From contig CAXXJS010000010.1 in NCBI GenBank assembly GCA_963662665.2, forward strand, positions 1 through 64,000: a DNA stretch of 64,000 bases. The letters are read 5' to 3'. The position numbers and the translations under genes were made by a program. Shown piece after piece: positions 38,966-48,610 of the stretch (position 1 is its first letter; each line of letters opens with the position of its first letter). Below the pieces are notes generated by a model, which was not told the DNA's origin, did not search any database, and was given only the letters and a program-made list of their open reading frames with translations. The stretch comes from Candidatus Latescibacterota bacterium (GTDB lineage Bacteria; Latescibacterota; UBA2968; GCA-2709665).

Positions 38966-39943
38966 GTGTCTCTTCGAATTCCCCTCCGCGAAGGCTCGTC
39001 GGTCAATCACGGTTGGTCCTATCACGACCGTATCCGGCCCGATGCGAAAGGGGAAACCGTTCTTCAGTTCTATCTTCAGCGCTATCCCCATTCTTCCCGA
39101 AGCGAATGGCGGAAACGAATCCTGTCCGGCGACGTTCGGCTGAACGACAGCCCGACGACGCCCGAAACGCCACTTTCCCCGGGCCAGCGGCTCACCTACC
39201 ACCGAAGACCGTGGCGGGAGCCCGACGCTCCTTGTTCCTTTGCCCTGCTCTACGAAGATGAACACCTTATTGCCGCAGCCAAACCCGCCGGCCTCCCAGT
39301 GCTGCCCGGCGGCCAGCGTCTTTGCAACACGCTGCTCGCCCGCGTCCGGGAACGCTACGCGGAAACCCCGGGGCCCGCGCCCCTGCATCGACTGGGACGG
39401 GGGACCTCCGGCATCGTTCTGTTCGCCCGTTCCGAATCGGCAAGACGAATCCTTTCCGAGGACTTCCGCAACCGGCGGTTATGCAAGATATACCGCACAC
39501 TCGTCGCCGGCACGGACATGCCCGAACGGTTTGTTGTGGATGTACCCATCGGTCGGATACCCTATTCGCCAACCCGGTACCTGTACGCGGCAACGAGCGA
39601 GGGTAAACCGGCCAGGACGGAATGCCGGGTACTGTACCGCAACCTTGAAACCAATCGGAGTCTGATCCGCGTCAATCTCGTCACGGGCCGCGCCCATCAG
39701 ATCCGGATCCACCTTGCTGCGGCCGGACATCCCCTGATTGACGACCCTCTGTATCGTGCGGGTGGCCTGCCAGTCGTTACACCTGCTGGAGATCGTGCTC
39801 CGCTCCCCGGTGACGTTGGATACCGCCTTCACGCGCACCAACTGTTCTTCACCCACCCGTCCACACGTTGCAACGTAGACATCACGTGCCCGCCGCCACC
39901 GATCCTCCGCACACCCGGTGAAAACCAGCCGATTAATCTCTGA
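38966..39943 (+). CDS. RluA family pseudouridine synthase
   Basis: S4-like N-terminus, KPAGLP, HRLGRGTSG (Gly at the usual catalytic Asp), TGRAHQIRIH, LHAHQL. Confidence 0.88.
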   Translation: MSLRIPLREGSSVNHGWSYHDRIRPDAKGETVLQFYLQRYPHSSRSEWRKRILSGDVRLNDSPTTPETPLSPGQRLTYHRRPWREPDAPCSFALLYEDEHLIAAAKPAGLPVLPGGQRLCNTLLARVRERYAETPGPAPLHRLGRGTSGIVLFARSESARRILSEDFRNRRLCKIYRTLVAGTDMPERFVVDVPIGRIPYSPTRYLYAATSEGKPARTECRVLYRNLETNRSLIRVNLVTGRAHQIRIHLAAAGHPLIDDPLYRAGGLPVVTPAGDRAPLPGDVGYRLHAHQLFFTHPSTRCNVDITCPPPPILRTPGENQPINL

Positions 39944-40715
39944 TTCTGGTCGTCTCATCCGTTAGCGCCTGTCCGACGTGCCGGCCTGTGAAACCCACGG
40001 CGTTTCTCAGGTCGGCGCCGCGCAGGTCCGCATTGTGAAAGTTGGCCTTATAGAGGTCGGTGTCTTGCATTCGCGCCTTGACAAGCCTGGCGCACCGGAG
40101 GTCCGTTTGTACCATGTCCGCATTCTGCAGCCTTGCACTATGCAGATCCGCATTCCGGAGGTCCGCCGCCTGAAGGTTGGCGCCCTCAAGGTATGCGCCT
40201 CTCAGATTGGCTTCGCGCAGGTCGGCGTTGAGTAGATTGGCGCCCTGAAGGCGCGCTCTCCGCAGATCGGTCCCAACAAGCGTTGTATCGCGAAGGTTTG
40301 CGCCCCGCAGCGTGGCCCCCCGCAGCCGGGCGCCGGAAAGATCGGCGCTCGTGAGATCGGCGAGTTCCAGATCCGCGGGCGCAAACACGACGTTTTTGAG
40401 ATTCGCGCCTCGGAACACGGCTCGCTGAAGGCTGGCGCCTGAGAGATCGGCGTCCTGAAGGTTCGCGTCCCGGAAGTTGGCTTCGTAGAGCCTGGATCGC
40501 TGGAGACTGGCGCCGTGAAGGTCCGCGTTCTGGAACCGCACGCCGCTGAGGGTGGCTTCGCTCAGGTCGGCGAATGCGAGTCTGGCATCCTGGAGTTCCG
40601 CCCGGTTCAGGTTCACGCCGGACAGTTCGGCGCGTTCTCCTTCCGTTCCTCCGGAATCGATCCACGATTGGTGGCGGTCAATGACAAGTCGCAGTTCGGA
40701 AGGTGACATGGACAT
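39933..40715 (-). CDS. Pentapeptide repeat protein
   Basis: Long run of A(D/N)LxxA pentapeptides after a HQSW..GERAELS N-terminus. Confidence 0.92.
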   Translation of the reverse strand: MSMSPSELRLVIDRHQSWIDSGGTEGERAELSGVNLNRAELQDARLAFADLSEATLSGVRFQNADLHGASLQRSRLYEANFRDANLQDADLSGASLQRAVFRGANLKNVVFAPADLELADLTSADLSGARLRGATLRGANLRDTTLVGTDLRRARLQGANLLNADLREANLRGAYLEGANLQAADLRNADLHSARLQNADMVQTDLRCARLVKARMQDTDLYKANFHNADLRGADLRNAVGFTGRHVGQALTDETTRIRD

Positions 40716-40795
40716 TTCAAATCCCCGTCGGGTGTGGACTGTTTACGTCTCACGTCTTGCGTCTACCCGCTCACCATTCCCGGGTTTCGCCCCCG

Positions 40796-41356
40796 TCACG
40801 TCGTGTGAATTTCAGATTCGGTGATGACCAGGTCCATAGGGATATCATGAGGGCCGGTTGGAAGACGATCGAAGAGCTGGAAGTCGTATGCCAGACCCAC
40901 TCTTGAAGCAGAGGTCGTTGAAAGGAAACGGTCGTAGTAACCGGCGCCGAAACCAATGCGGTTTCCGGCGCAGTCGAAGGCCAGACCCGGAACGAGAACG
41001 ATGTCGAAAGCGTCGGACGGCACCAAGGCGCCCGCCCCGTCGGACGGCTCCAGCAGGCCGAAGTCCGACGGCTTCAATTCAACAAGGCAGCGGATTTCCC
41101 GGTGGATCAGCATTCGGTTGGGCTCTGTAACAGGCGCCGCGATTCGCTTGCCACTCTTCAGGGCGGATTCGATGAGGACCTGCGTATCGACTTCCTTCCC
41201 GACCGAGACGTAACTCGCCACGAATCCGGCGCGGCGATAGACCTCCTGGCCGGTCAGGCGCGCGACAATGTGTTCACTCCGGGCGCGAACCTCCTCGGAC
41301 GTCAATTCGGACCGTCGTTTCTTCATTGTATTTCGAATTTGCTTTTTGGATGGCAT
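40796..41356 (-). CDS. ygfA: 5-formyltetrahydrofolate cyclo-ligase
   Basis: KKQIR, EVDT, VPGLAFD..GNRIGFGAGYYDRFL, PHDIPMD. Confidence 0.93.
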   Translation of the reverse strand: MPSKKQIRNTMKKRRSELTSEEVRARSEHIVARLTGQEVYRRAGFVASYVSVGKEVDTQVLIESALKSGKRIAAPVTEPNRMLIHREIRCLVELKPSDFGLLEPSDGAGALVPSDAFDIVLVPGLAFDCAGNRIGFGAGYYDRFLSTTSASRVGLAYDFQLFDRLPTGPHDIPMDLVITESEIHTT

Positions 41357-41402
41357 CGGGGTCGATTCGACTTGAAACCTTTCTGCGCTTTCGGGGTTCA
41401 TA

Positions 41403-41526
41403 ACTATACCTCGAGGATGGCGGGTTGTCAAGACAGGAGCTCCATGGAAAACCGGTATTGCGGGTAGGGGCCGCCGCGGTTGGACGGAAAAGTTCGCTTG
41501 ACTTTGAATGTGGGGGCCATTACATT
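41403..41526. promoter_or_regulatory. Divergent sigma70 promoters for ygfA and uppS
   Basis: Minus TTGACA-N17-TATAGT (41403-41431); plus TTGACT-N17-TACATT (41498-41526). Confidence 0.65.
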
Positions 41527-41575
41527 TACAAATGCCGAATTTTGAAGTAATAACGGCAAATTCTACGAGGGAATC

Positions 41576-42391
41576 TTGGATCGCCGCGACGTGGATATCC
41601 AGAATGAACTGAAGGCAAATGGCAATCTCCCCGGGCATGTCGCAATAATAATGGACGGGAATGGTCGCTGGGCGCAACAGCATGGCCTTGTCAGGACTCA
41701 GGGTCACCGTTCCGCTCGTAAAGTCGTGCGCGACATTGTACGGGCATGTGGAGAACTGGGGATCGATATTCTCACTCTGTTTGCATTCGGAACGGACAAC
41801 TGGCGTCGTCCGTGGGCCGAAGTCCTTTCGTTAATGCAACTGTTGCGAGACGTTGCTGCTGAAGAACTGAAGGAGCTCCTTGAGAATAACGTACGCCTGA
41901 TTGCTACCGGAGATACGGACCGTCTGGCAAGGCAGGCGCGGCAGGCGATGAAATACGCCATGTTCAGGACATCGGAAAACACCGGGTTGACGCTGAACCT
42001 GGCGATGAGTTATGATGGTCGCAGCGATATTCTCCAGGCCGTCAGACGTATTGCCTCCGGGGTGGAACAGGGAAGAATCAGCAGCGACGGGATCGACGGG
42101 AAGCTGTTTTCCAGGATGCTTTACACCGTCGATCTGCCCGACCCCGATTTATTGATCCGCACAAGCGGAGAGTTTCGTCTGAGTAATTTTATGCTTTGGC
42201 AGTGCGCTTACACGGAATTCTGGTTCACGCCGGTCTTGTGGCCCGATTTCAGGCGCGAACATCTGTACGAAGCCATTCGGGCGTATCAGTCCAGGGAACG
42301 CCGTTTCGGGAAGACCAGCGCGCAGATCCGTTCCACCACGGTTGGCGCCGGGAACGGGGTTGCGAAGCGGATGGGCGCGGCGACGGGATAG
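41576..42391 (+). CDS. uppS: Isoprenyl transferase (undecaprenyl diphosphate synthase)
   Basis: HVAIIMDGNGRWA, DPDLLIRTSGEFRLSNFMLWQ, RERRFG. Confidence 0.97.
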   Translation: MDRRDVDIQNELKANGNLPGHVAIIMDGNGRWAQQHGLVRTQGHRSARKVVRDIVRACGELGIDILTLFAFGTDNWRRPWAEVLSLMQLLRDVAAEELKELLENNVRLIATGDTDRLARQARQAMKYAMFRTSENTGLTLNLAMSYDGRSDILQAVRRIASGVEQGRISSDGIDGKLFSRMLYTVDLPDPDLLIRTSGEFRLSNFMLWQCAYTEFWFTPVLWPDFRREHLYEAIRAYQSRERRFGKTSAQIRSTTVGAGNGVAKRMGAATG

Positions 42392-42440
42392 AAACTCCCG
42401 TATCGGGTTTCGATCCAATTCCCGCTTCCGTCAGGCAGGG

Positions 42441-43271
42441 GTGGTTTTGGCGGTACAGTCGAATTTGCTTCACCGGATCTCAGCGGCGGCGGTCTTCGGG
42501 CCGCTTTTTCTGGTTCTGTTCTGGGTTGGCGGAATACCGCTCCTGATTGGCATTTGCCTGGTGGCTGCGGGAGGGACGTGGGAGTACTGCCAGATGCAGA
42601 AAAAGAGGGGGCTGCATCCCTGGACGGGCGTCGGGGTTGCGGCCTCTTTGGTTTGGTGCCTGTGGTTGAACGGTTTCGGCGAACGGCTCGTGCTGATACC
42701 GGCCACGGTGATTCTGCTTGTTCTGCTAACCCTGGCGCTGGGACAGAGGGAGGGTCGATTCAGGCTGGCTGACGCCGAGGCGACCTTTGTCGGGACGTGC
42801 TATATCGGGTTGCTGTCGGCCTTCGCGCTGCTGGTCCGGAACTATTCCGGATTTGAAACGGCCGACGAAGGCGGCGCCTGGTTTGCCGTTGTGGTACTCC
42901 TGGGAATCTGGGGCACGGATATTCTTGCATATTTTGCGGGGCGCCTTTGGGGGAAGCGACATCCTTTCCCGAAGATCAGTCCGGGTAAGACGGGGGCGGG
43001 TTTCGCGGGCGGAATTGTCGGAGCGGTTACGGTAATGTACGCTGGCGGCCATATCCTGGATTTGTACACGCTTCCAGAGGGTATCGCGCTGGGGATCGTG
43101 GTGGGCGTTAGCGCTCTATGGGGAGATCTGGTTGAATCGATGATTAAGCGGAACGCGGGGGTCAAAGACGCCTCCGGCCTGATTCCCGGACACGGCGGCG
43201 TGCTGGACCGATTCGACAGTTTTCTGTTTGTGTACCCTGCAGTGTATCTTTATCTCCGCGCGATTCATTAA
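42441..43271 (+). CDS. cdsA: Phosphatidate cytidylyltransferase
   Basis: ISPGKT, GDLVESMIKRNAGVKD..PGHGGVLDRFDS. Confidence 0.96.
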   Translation: MVLAVQSNLLHRISAAAVFGPLFLVLFWVGGIPLLIGICLVAAGGTWEYCQMQKKRGLHPWTGVGVAASLVWCLWLNGFGERLVLIPATVILLVLLTLALGQREGRFRLADAEATFVGTCYIGLLSAFALLVRNYSGFETADEGGAWFAVVVLLGIWGTDILAYFAGRLWGKRHPFPKISPGKTGAGFAGGIVGAVTVMYAGGHILDLYTLPEGIALGIVVGVSALWGDLVESMIKRNAGVKDASGLIPGHGGVLDRFDSFLFVYPAVYLYLRAIH

Positions 43272-43334
43272 GATGTCCGTGCATTCAGGGAACATTCGAT
43301 TTCATTCATCCGTCGACATGAACGGGATCTGTGT

Positions 43335-44492
43335 ATGAAGCGAGTTGCTCTGCTCGGATCAACAGGATCTATCGGTACCAGTACGCTGGACGTCCTGGCC
43401 GGCCTGCCCGAACGATTCGAAGTGGAATGCCTCAGCGCGGGGGGCAATATCGATCTGCTCTGCGAGCAGGTCGCGCGTTTCCGGCCGAAGCGGGTGTGCG
43501 TGGGAGAAGAGAACGCCAAAAACGCCGACGCGAGACATGAGTTGCAGGGTATTGAGGTGTTACACGGTGCAGACGGACTCATCGCGTTGGCGACGGATAC
43601 GCAGGTGGACCTGGTAATCAACGGGCTGGTAGCGGGAGTAGGACTGCGGCCAACCCTGGCGGCGGTCGAGGCAGGCAAGGACGTCGCCATTGCAAATAAG
43701 GAGACGCTGGTGGTAGCAGGGCATCTCGTGACAGATCTCGCACAGCGGAACGGCGTGCGGTTGATTCCGCTGGACAGCGAACTGACCCCTTTGTGGCAGA
43801 GCCTGCAGGACGTTCCGTCGACGCAGGTGACGCGCATCGTACTTTCCGCCTCCGGAGGTCCGTTCTTCGAGACGTCACTGGACGATATGGCTCGGGCGAC
43901 ACCCGACGAGGCCCTCCGTCATCCGACGTGGCGGATGGGGCCGAAGATCACCATCGATTCGGCAACATTGATGAACAAGGGCTTTGAGGTGATCGAGTCC
44001 CGCTGGTTTCTTGGGCTCGACATCGACCGGATCGATGTCGTCATTCACCGGCAGTCCATCGTGCATTGTCTTGTGGAGTTCCTGGATGGAAGCCTGACCG
44101 CACATCTGAGCCGGCCCGATATGCGCCTGCCCATTCAACAGGCGCTGACCCATCCGGAGCGGTTGCCGACAACCGTCCCGTCGCTGGACCTTGTGGCTAT
44201 GGGTTCATTGAGCTTTGATGCACCCGACCTGGAGCGGTTTCCCTGCCTTGCGCTTGCGTATGAGGCGGGGCGTGCGGAAGGCACGGCCGCGGCGGTCCTG
44301 AACGCGGCCAACGAGATTGGTGTCTATTCTTTTCTGGCTGGGCGAATCGGATTTCTGGATGTGTCCGACGTCGTACGCCGGACTCTGGACGCTCATGTCA
44401 ACGCAACATGCTCGAGTCTCGATGCTGTATTTGAAGCGGACCGCTGGGGGCGGGAAAAGGCAAGGGAGGTTGTCACACGCCTGGGGAGATAG
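43335..44492 (+). CDS. dxr: 1-deoxy-D-xylulose 5-phosphate reductoisomerase
   Basis: LLGSTGSIG, ANKETLV, HPTWRMGPKITIDSATLMNKGFEVIE. Confidence 0.97.
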   Translation: MKRVALLGSTGSIGTSTLDVLAGLPERFEVECLSAGGNIDLLCEQVARFRPKRVCVGEENAKNADARHELQGIEVLHGADGLIALATDTQVDLVINGLVAGVGLRPTLAAVEAGKDVAIANKETLVVAGHLVTDLAQRNGVRLIPLDSELTPLWQSLQDVPSTQVTRIVLSASGGPFFETSLDDMARATPDEALRHPTWRMGPKITIDSATLMNKGFEVIESRWFLGLDIDRIDVVIHRQSIVHCLVEFLDGSLTAHLSRPDMRLPIQQALTHPERLPTTVPSLDLVAMGSLSFDAPDLERFPCLALAYEAGRAEGTAAAVLNAANEIGVYSFLAGRIGFLDVSDVVRRTLDAHVNATCSSLDAVFEADRWGREKAREVVTRLGR

Positions 44493-44624
44493 GTTGAAAA
44501 CCCCTGTCGCGGCTTCCCGTTGTTCAGCCGCAACCAAAGGAGCGGTATACATCAAACAGCGTGATTGAACCTGCGCGCATTTTGAGTTGAACTCTAACAG
44601 TAAGGTCTAAAGGAGTAGAGCGCT

Positions 44625-45932
44625 TTGGAATTTCTGGAGACGATTTTCTATTTCATTCTCGTTTTGGGCGTGCTGGTTTTCGTGCATGAATTCGGTCATT
44701 TCGTGGTCGCCAAAAAGTCGGGTATTCGCGTGGAGCAGTTCTCGCTGGGATTTCCGCCCAAGGCGATCGGGATAACGATTGGCGAGACCGAGTACTGCAT
44801 TTCCTGGCTGCCCCTCGGAGGATACGTGAAGTTGGCGGGAATGTCGGACTTTGGAAGCGCGGAAGTCAGGCGTGAGCCGTGGGAACTTCAGTCAAAGCCG
44901 CGGGCAATTCAGATGGCGGTGATGGTCGCAGGGCCCATTATGAATTTTCTGCTCGGTTTCATGCTCATTCTGGGGCTTCGGCTGGCACTGGGCGACTATG
45001 TTCTGCAAACCACGAAAGTAGGCCGGATCGAGTCCACGTCGCCATTTTACGCGTCGGGTCTGCGCCCGGAAGACCGCATCCTCGCTGTTAACGGGACCCC
45101 GGTGGAAAACTGGGGTGGACTGATCGAGGCGTACAACGCGGGTGGCGGCGGAGACGTTTCTTTGGAAGTGTCTCGCGGGGAAGACGTGGTTTCCCTTGTA
45201 GCCACACCCGATCCCGGTCAGGAACCGGGGTTCGATCCCTTTCTGCCTCCGACCGCCGGGTCGGTGATGCCCGGGTACCCGGCTGCCAGAGGGGGGATGG
45301 AGCCCGGAGACCGTGTGCTATCTGTCGCCGGTGAATCCGTGAGCGGATGGGACGAGATGAGAACGAAGATTTCCGCAAGGCCGGGGCAGGAAACCGAGAT
45401 ACGGTGGTTGCGCGGGGAAGAGGTGATGTCCGCACGCATCGCGCCTCAGCCACAGAGAGGCGAGGGCCGTACCATCGGTGTGATTGGCATCGGGCCGTCC
45501 TATGAACCCAGTGCGCGTGTACCTGTGACGATTACCACCGCCATCGAGCGCAGCGGGCGGGACCTCGTGGGTTATACCACGCTCATATTCGTACTCATCA
45601 AACGCCTGGTCCTGGGCGAGATCTCGGGCGGCATGATTGCGGGCCCTGTAGGAATCGCTCAGATGGCGGGGAGCAAGGCGCGGGAAGGTCTGGAAGCGTT
45701 GCTCGATTTTATCGCGATGCTGAGTATTAATCTTGCGGTGCTGAACCTGTTACCCATTCCAGCGCTGGACGGGGGCCACCTGATGATCCTGGGCGTGGAA
45801 GCCGTAACCCGACGGTCGCTTTCCGCGCGTCAGAAAGAGCGGCTCCAGCAGGTCGGGTTCGTATTCCTTCTCGGCCTGATGGTGTATGTGACTTTTGGTG
45901 ACATTGGCCGGATCCTGGGAATGTTCTACTGA
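44625..45932 (+). CDS. rseP: RIP metalloprotease with two PDZ domains
   Basis: HEFGH, LPLGGYVK, NLLPIPALDGGH; AAGGAG RBS. Confidence 0.96.
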   Translation: MEFLETIFYFILVLGVLVFVHEFGHFVVAKKSGIRVEQFSLGFPPKAIGITIGETEYCISWLPLGGYVKLAGMSDFGSAEVRREPWELQSKPRAIQMAVMVAGPIMNFLLGFMLILGLRLALGDYVLQTTKVGRIESTSPFYASGLRPEDRILAVNGTPVENWGGLIEAYNAGGGGDVSLEVSRGEDVVSLVATPDPGQEPGFDPFLPPTAGSVMPGYPAARGGMEPGDRVLSVAGESVSGWDEMRTKISARPGQETEIRWLRGEEVMSARIAPQPQRGEGRTIGVIGIGPSYEPSARVPVTITTAIERSGRDLVGYTTLIFVLIKRLVLGEISGGMIAGPVGIAQMAGSKAREGLEALLDFIAMLSINLAVLNLLPIPALDGGHLMILGVEAVTRRSLSARQKERLQQVGFVFLLGLMVYVTFGDIGRILGMFY

Positions 45933-45960
45933 TCCGGATGAAGCCGTTTCAACATCACCG

Positions 45961-46002
45961 AAAAATGAAGGCGGGCATTCGAACCCGCCTTCATTTTTTT
46001 TT
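45961..46002. terminator. Bidirectional intrinsic terminator between convergent genes
   Basis: AAAAATGAAGGCGGG-cattcgaa-CCCGCCTTCATTTTTTTTT. Confidence 0.85.
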
Positions 46003-46353
46003 GTTGGCGCGATGCCTGCCGACGGTATTTCGCCTGAGGGTCTTTCTCCAGCTTACGTAAACGCTATCGGACTCGAGGGTTTCCATAATATCCCGGGTGA
46101 GGACTTCCAGAGCCTCGGGGTCCGTTTTCCAGGTCTCGGTTAACCGCTCGAGGTCTTTCTCGGTAAGATCAAACCCGTCCAGTGCGGCTTTTCGCTTTGA
46201 GGCGAGACTGTCAGGATGCTCCGCATACTGATGATGGAGCCGGATCACGTCCAGCACAACGTGTGCCAGTTGTCGATCCCCGGGTGCGGGTCCGTTCCGG
46301 ACCGCGCACGCCAGCAGACCGGAGAACAGGAGAGTGATGAGTCTCGGTTTCAT
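45991..46353 (-). CDS. Hypothetical lipoprotein
   Basis: MKPRLITLLFSGLLAC lipobox-like leader; TTGACG-N17-TATCTT directly upstream. Confidence 0.6.
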   Translation of the reverse strand: MKPRLITLLFSGLLACAVRNGPAPGDRQLAHVVLDVIRLHHQYAEHPDSLASKRKAALDGFDLTEKDLERLTETWKTDPEALEVLTRDIMETLESDSVYVSWRKTLRRNTVGRHRANKKK

Positions 46354-46660
46354 CGTGGAAAAGATATCCGGGCGCACCGAAAGCGTCAAGCCAAAACACC
46401 CCGCGCCGAATTTGGGCGGGAGCAAGCGGGGTAAAGAGTGCCCGCCTCGTGTCGTTGTCACTGTCTTACCGCCGGGGCACCGAAACGCAAGGAATGAACA
46501 AGGACGAAAGGGGTACTTGCACTATATCTGGTATTTTTTCCGCGTGTCGCTCCCGGCACCCACCACATTTTCGGACCAGGACTCGATGGTCCAGTAAGTG
46601 CACACATGGTCACGGCGTTGTTTTTTTTGGAGATAAGACGAAAAATCAATTAGAAATCCC

Positions 46661-46730
46661 TTGACTTTTGTATAAGCAAGCCCTAATTTTGGTGGTGGAA
46701 AGTGGTGGAAAGTGGTGCATTAGGGTGGAT
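46661..46730 (+). promoter_or_regulatory. dcw promoter with MraZ-binding direct repeats
   Basis: TTGACT-N17-TAATTT then GTGG-containing repeats at 10-nt period (ggtggtggaa agtggtggaa agtggtgcat tagggtggat). Confidence 0.8.
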
Positions 46731-46766
46731 CTGAATAGATCAGTGAAAAAATCGCTCAGCACGACG

Positions 46767-46793
46767 AGCCCCGACTGGTAAGTCGGGGCTTTT
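46767..46793 (+). terminator. Terminator-like hairpin in the mraZ leader
   Basis: AGCCCCGACT-ggta-AGTCGGGGCT-TTT, perfect 10-bp stem. Confidence 0.5.
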
Positions 46794-46849
46794 CTCCCGA
46801 TTCCGATCCTGGCCTCAGTGTCCCGTCCTGTCTCCCCCGAGGCGCTCAC

Positions 46850-47305
46850 ATGCCAGACGAAACGCCACTGTTCATTGGAGAATATGAGGATATTCCCGTC
46901 GATAACAAAGGTCGGCTGATTGTCCCGGCCGCCATTCGCCGGGTATTGCCTACGCACGTTACATCGCTTGTAATTGCCAGGTGGTTCGACGGCTGCCTGG
47001 CCGGGTTTGATCCGATCGGCTGGCAGCAAGTCCTGCAGCAGATAAAAGAGGGGAATCATAAAGGAAAGGTGAAGCGGCAAATCGCCCGCTGGGTTATGGG
47101 CGGCGCGGCGGAGACGAGAATTGACCGGCAGGGGCGTTTGCTGGTTCCACGTAAGCTGCTTGACACATCGGAAATTTCGGATCGCGCGACGCTCAGTGGC
47201 GTGGGCAACAGGATAGAGATCTGGAATCCGGCACGATACACCGCCGACATGAGCGACGTCGGCGAGAATCTGGAAGCCTTCGCGGAAGATCTGGACATTC
47301 TCTAG
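46850..47305 (+). CDS. mraZ: Transcriptional regulator MraZ
   Basis: DNKGRL and DRQGRL repeats, RIEIW; first gene of the dcw cluster. Confidence 0.96.
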   Translation: MPDETPLFIGEYEDIPVDNKGRLIVPAAIRRVLPTHVTSLVIARWFDGCLAGFDPIGWQQVLQQIKEGNHKGKVKRQIARWVMGGAAETRIDRQGRLLVPRKLLDTSEISDRATLSGVGNRIEIWNPARYTADMSDVGENLEAFAEDLDIL

Positions 47306-47306
47306 A

Positions 47307-48242
47307 ATGCACGGGGCCGTGGAATTTCATACGTCGGTTATGGGGCGCGCAACGGCCTGCCGGGTGGTGAACGACCCGAACGGCGTGTACATCGATTGCA
47401 CGGTGGGCGGAGGCGGCCATGCCGAGTACATGCTGGAGCGGATGGGCCGACACGGACGACTGATCGGGATGGATCAAGATCCGGAGGCGGTTGAAGCCGC
47501 AACCCGTCGCCTCCGCAGATTCTCACACCGCGTGGAAATAATCCGGACCCAGTTCCGGGAACTGCCGCGTATCCTGGATAAACAGGGCGTAGAACGGGTA
47601 TCCGGTGCGCTTTTCGACCTTGGGGTTTCTTCGCATCAAATCGATGAAGCCTCCCGTGGTTTCAGCTATCTCCAAAGCGGCCCCCTGGATATGCGAATGG
47701 GGCCCGACGCCTTCCTGACCGCTCGGGAGGTCGTGAACGCTTACTCGCTGGAAAAGCTGACACGGATTTTCAAAGAATTCGGAGAAGAGCGCGCTGCCGG
47801 ACGGATTGCCCGGGCGATCTGCCGTCGGCGGGTCAGGAAACCCCTGGAAGACACATCGGAACTGGCCGCGCTGGTAGCGGAGACCAGCCCCGGACCTCAA
47901 TCGAAAAAGGCTATGGCAAGAGTCTTTCAGTCCATCCGGATCGAGGTCAACGGTGAGTTGGAGCAAATCCGGGAGACCCTTGAGTGTGCAATCGACAGGT
48001 TGGCGCAGGGCGGACGAATCGGAATTCTGTCGTATCACTCGCTTGAAGACCGCGCGGTGAAGACGGTATTCCGTTCGGCTTGCCTGGGTTGCGTTTGCCC
48101 GCCGAATCTTCCCGTTTGCGGATGTGGACGGGTCCCGCAGGTGCGTGTCCTGACCCCTGGTGGCATTCGCCCTGATCCGGACGAGCGACTGCGAAACCCG
48201 CGGTCCAGGAGCGCAACGTTGCGGGTCGCAGAAAGATTGTGA
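47307..48242 (+). CDS. rsmH: 16S rRNA m4C1402 methyltransferase
   Basis: DCTVGGGGHA, DLGVSSHQ, SYHSLEDR, NPRSRSATLR. Confidence 0.97.
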   Translation: MHGAVEFHTSVMGRATACRVVNDPNGVYIDCTVGGGGHAEYMLERMGRHGRLIGMDQDPEAVEAATRRLRRFSHRVEIIRTQFRELPRILDKQGVERVSGALFDLGVSSHQIDEASRGFSYLQSGPLDMRMGPDAFLTAREVVNAYSLEKLTRIFKEFGEERAAGRIARAICRRRVRKPLEDTSELAALVAETSPGPQSKKAMARVFQSIRIEVNGELEQIRETLECAIDRLAQGGRIGILSYHSLEDRAVKTVFRSACLGCVCPPNLPVCGCGRVPQVRVLTPGGIRPDPDERLRNPRSRSATLRVAERL

Positions 48243-48274
48243 AACCGACGGTTCCGAGTTAAGAAAGAACGCGC

Positions 48275-48607
48275 ATGAAGACCAATTTCCAGATGAACGC
48301 GTCGGGTGGGTATCGTTACGTATTTCTGAGCTTTGCGCTGGTCGTTGCGGGTCTCCTGGGTTATCTGTGGGCGCAGGCGCAAACCGTGCGGCAGGGTGAC
48401 GAGATCGCACGGCTTCGAACCGAGCACCAGCAACTGCTCCGCCGGCAGGAGCGTCTGCGGGCGGAGATTTCCGGACTCCGAAGAAGCAGTCGAATCCGTG
48501 AGATCGCTTCGAACAGACTCGAAATGGTGTTTCCCAAGGGTCCGCCTCGGAATCTTTACCTGGATAGGCAATCCGGCCGCCGCGCTCTTACCGGAAAAAA
48601 GAACTGA
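48275..48607 (+). CDS. ftsL: Cell division protein FtsL-like
   Basis: One TM plus leucine zipper, RIREIA..LEM..P; between rsmH and ftsI. Confidence 0.8.
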   Translation: MKTNFQMNASGGYRYVFLSFALVVAGLLGYLWAQAQTVRQGDEIARLRTEHQQLLRRQERLRAEISGLRRSSRIREIASNRLEMVFPKGPPRNLYLDRQSGRRALTGKKN

Positions 48608-48610
48608 GCC

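Noticed and set aside
39933-40715. 15-nt periodic repeats that could suggest a CRISPR or tandem array
   Set aside because: Explained by the pentapeptide repeat protein; no constant repeats with unique spacers and no cas genes
41357-41575. Possible 6S RNA upstream of ygfA
   Set aside because: The space is taken by two divergent promoters and no long rod-like self-complementarity is visible
44493-44545. GTTGAAAA plus a GCGGCT..AGCCGC hairpin as a fourth MITE copy
   Set aside because: Only a short end-like match with no shared internal sequence
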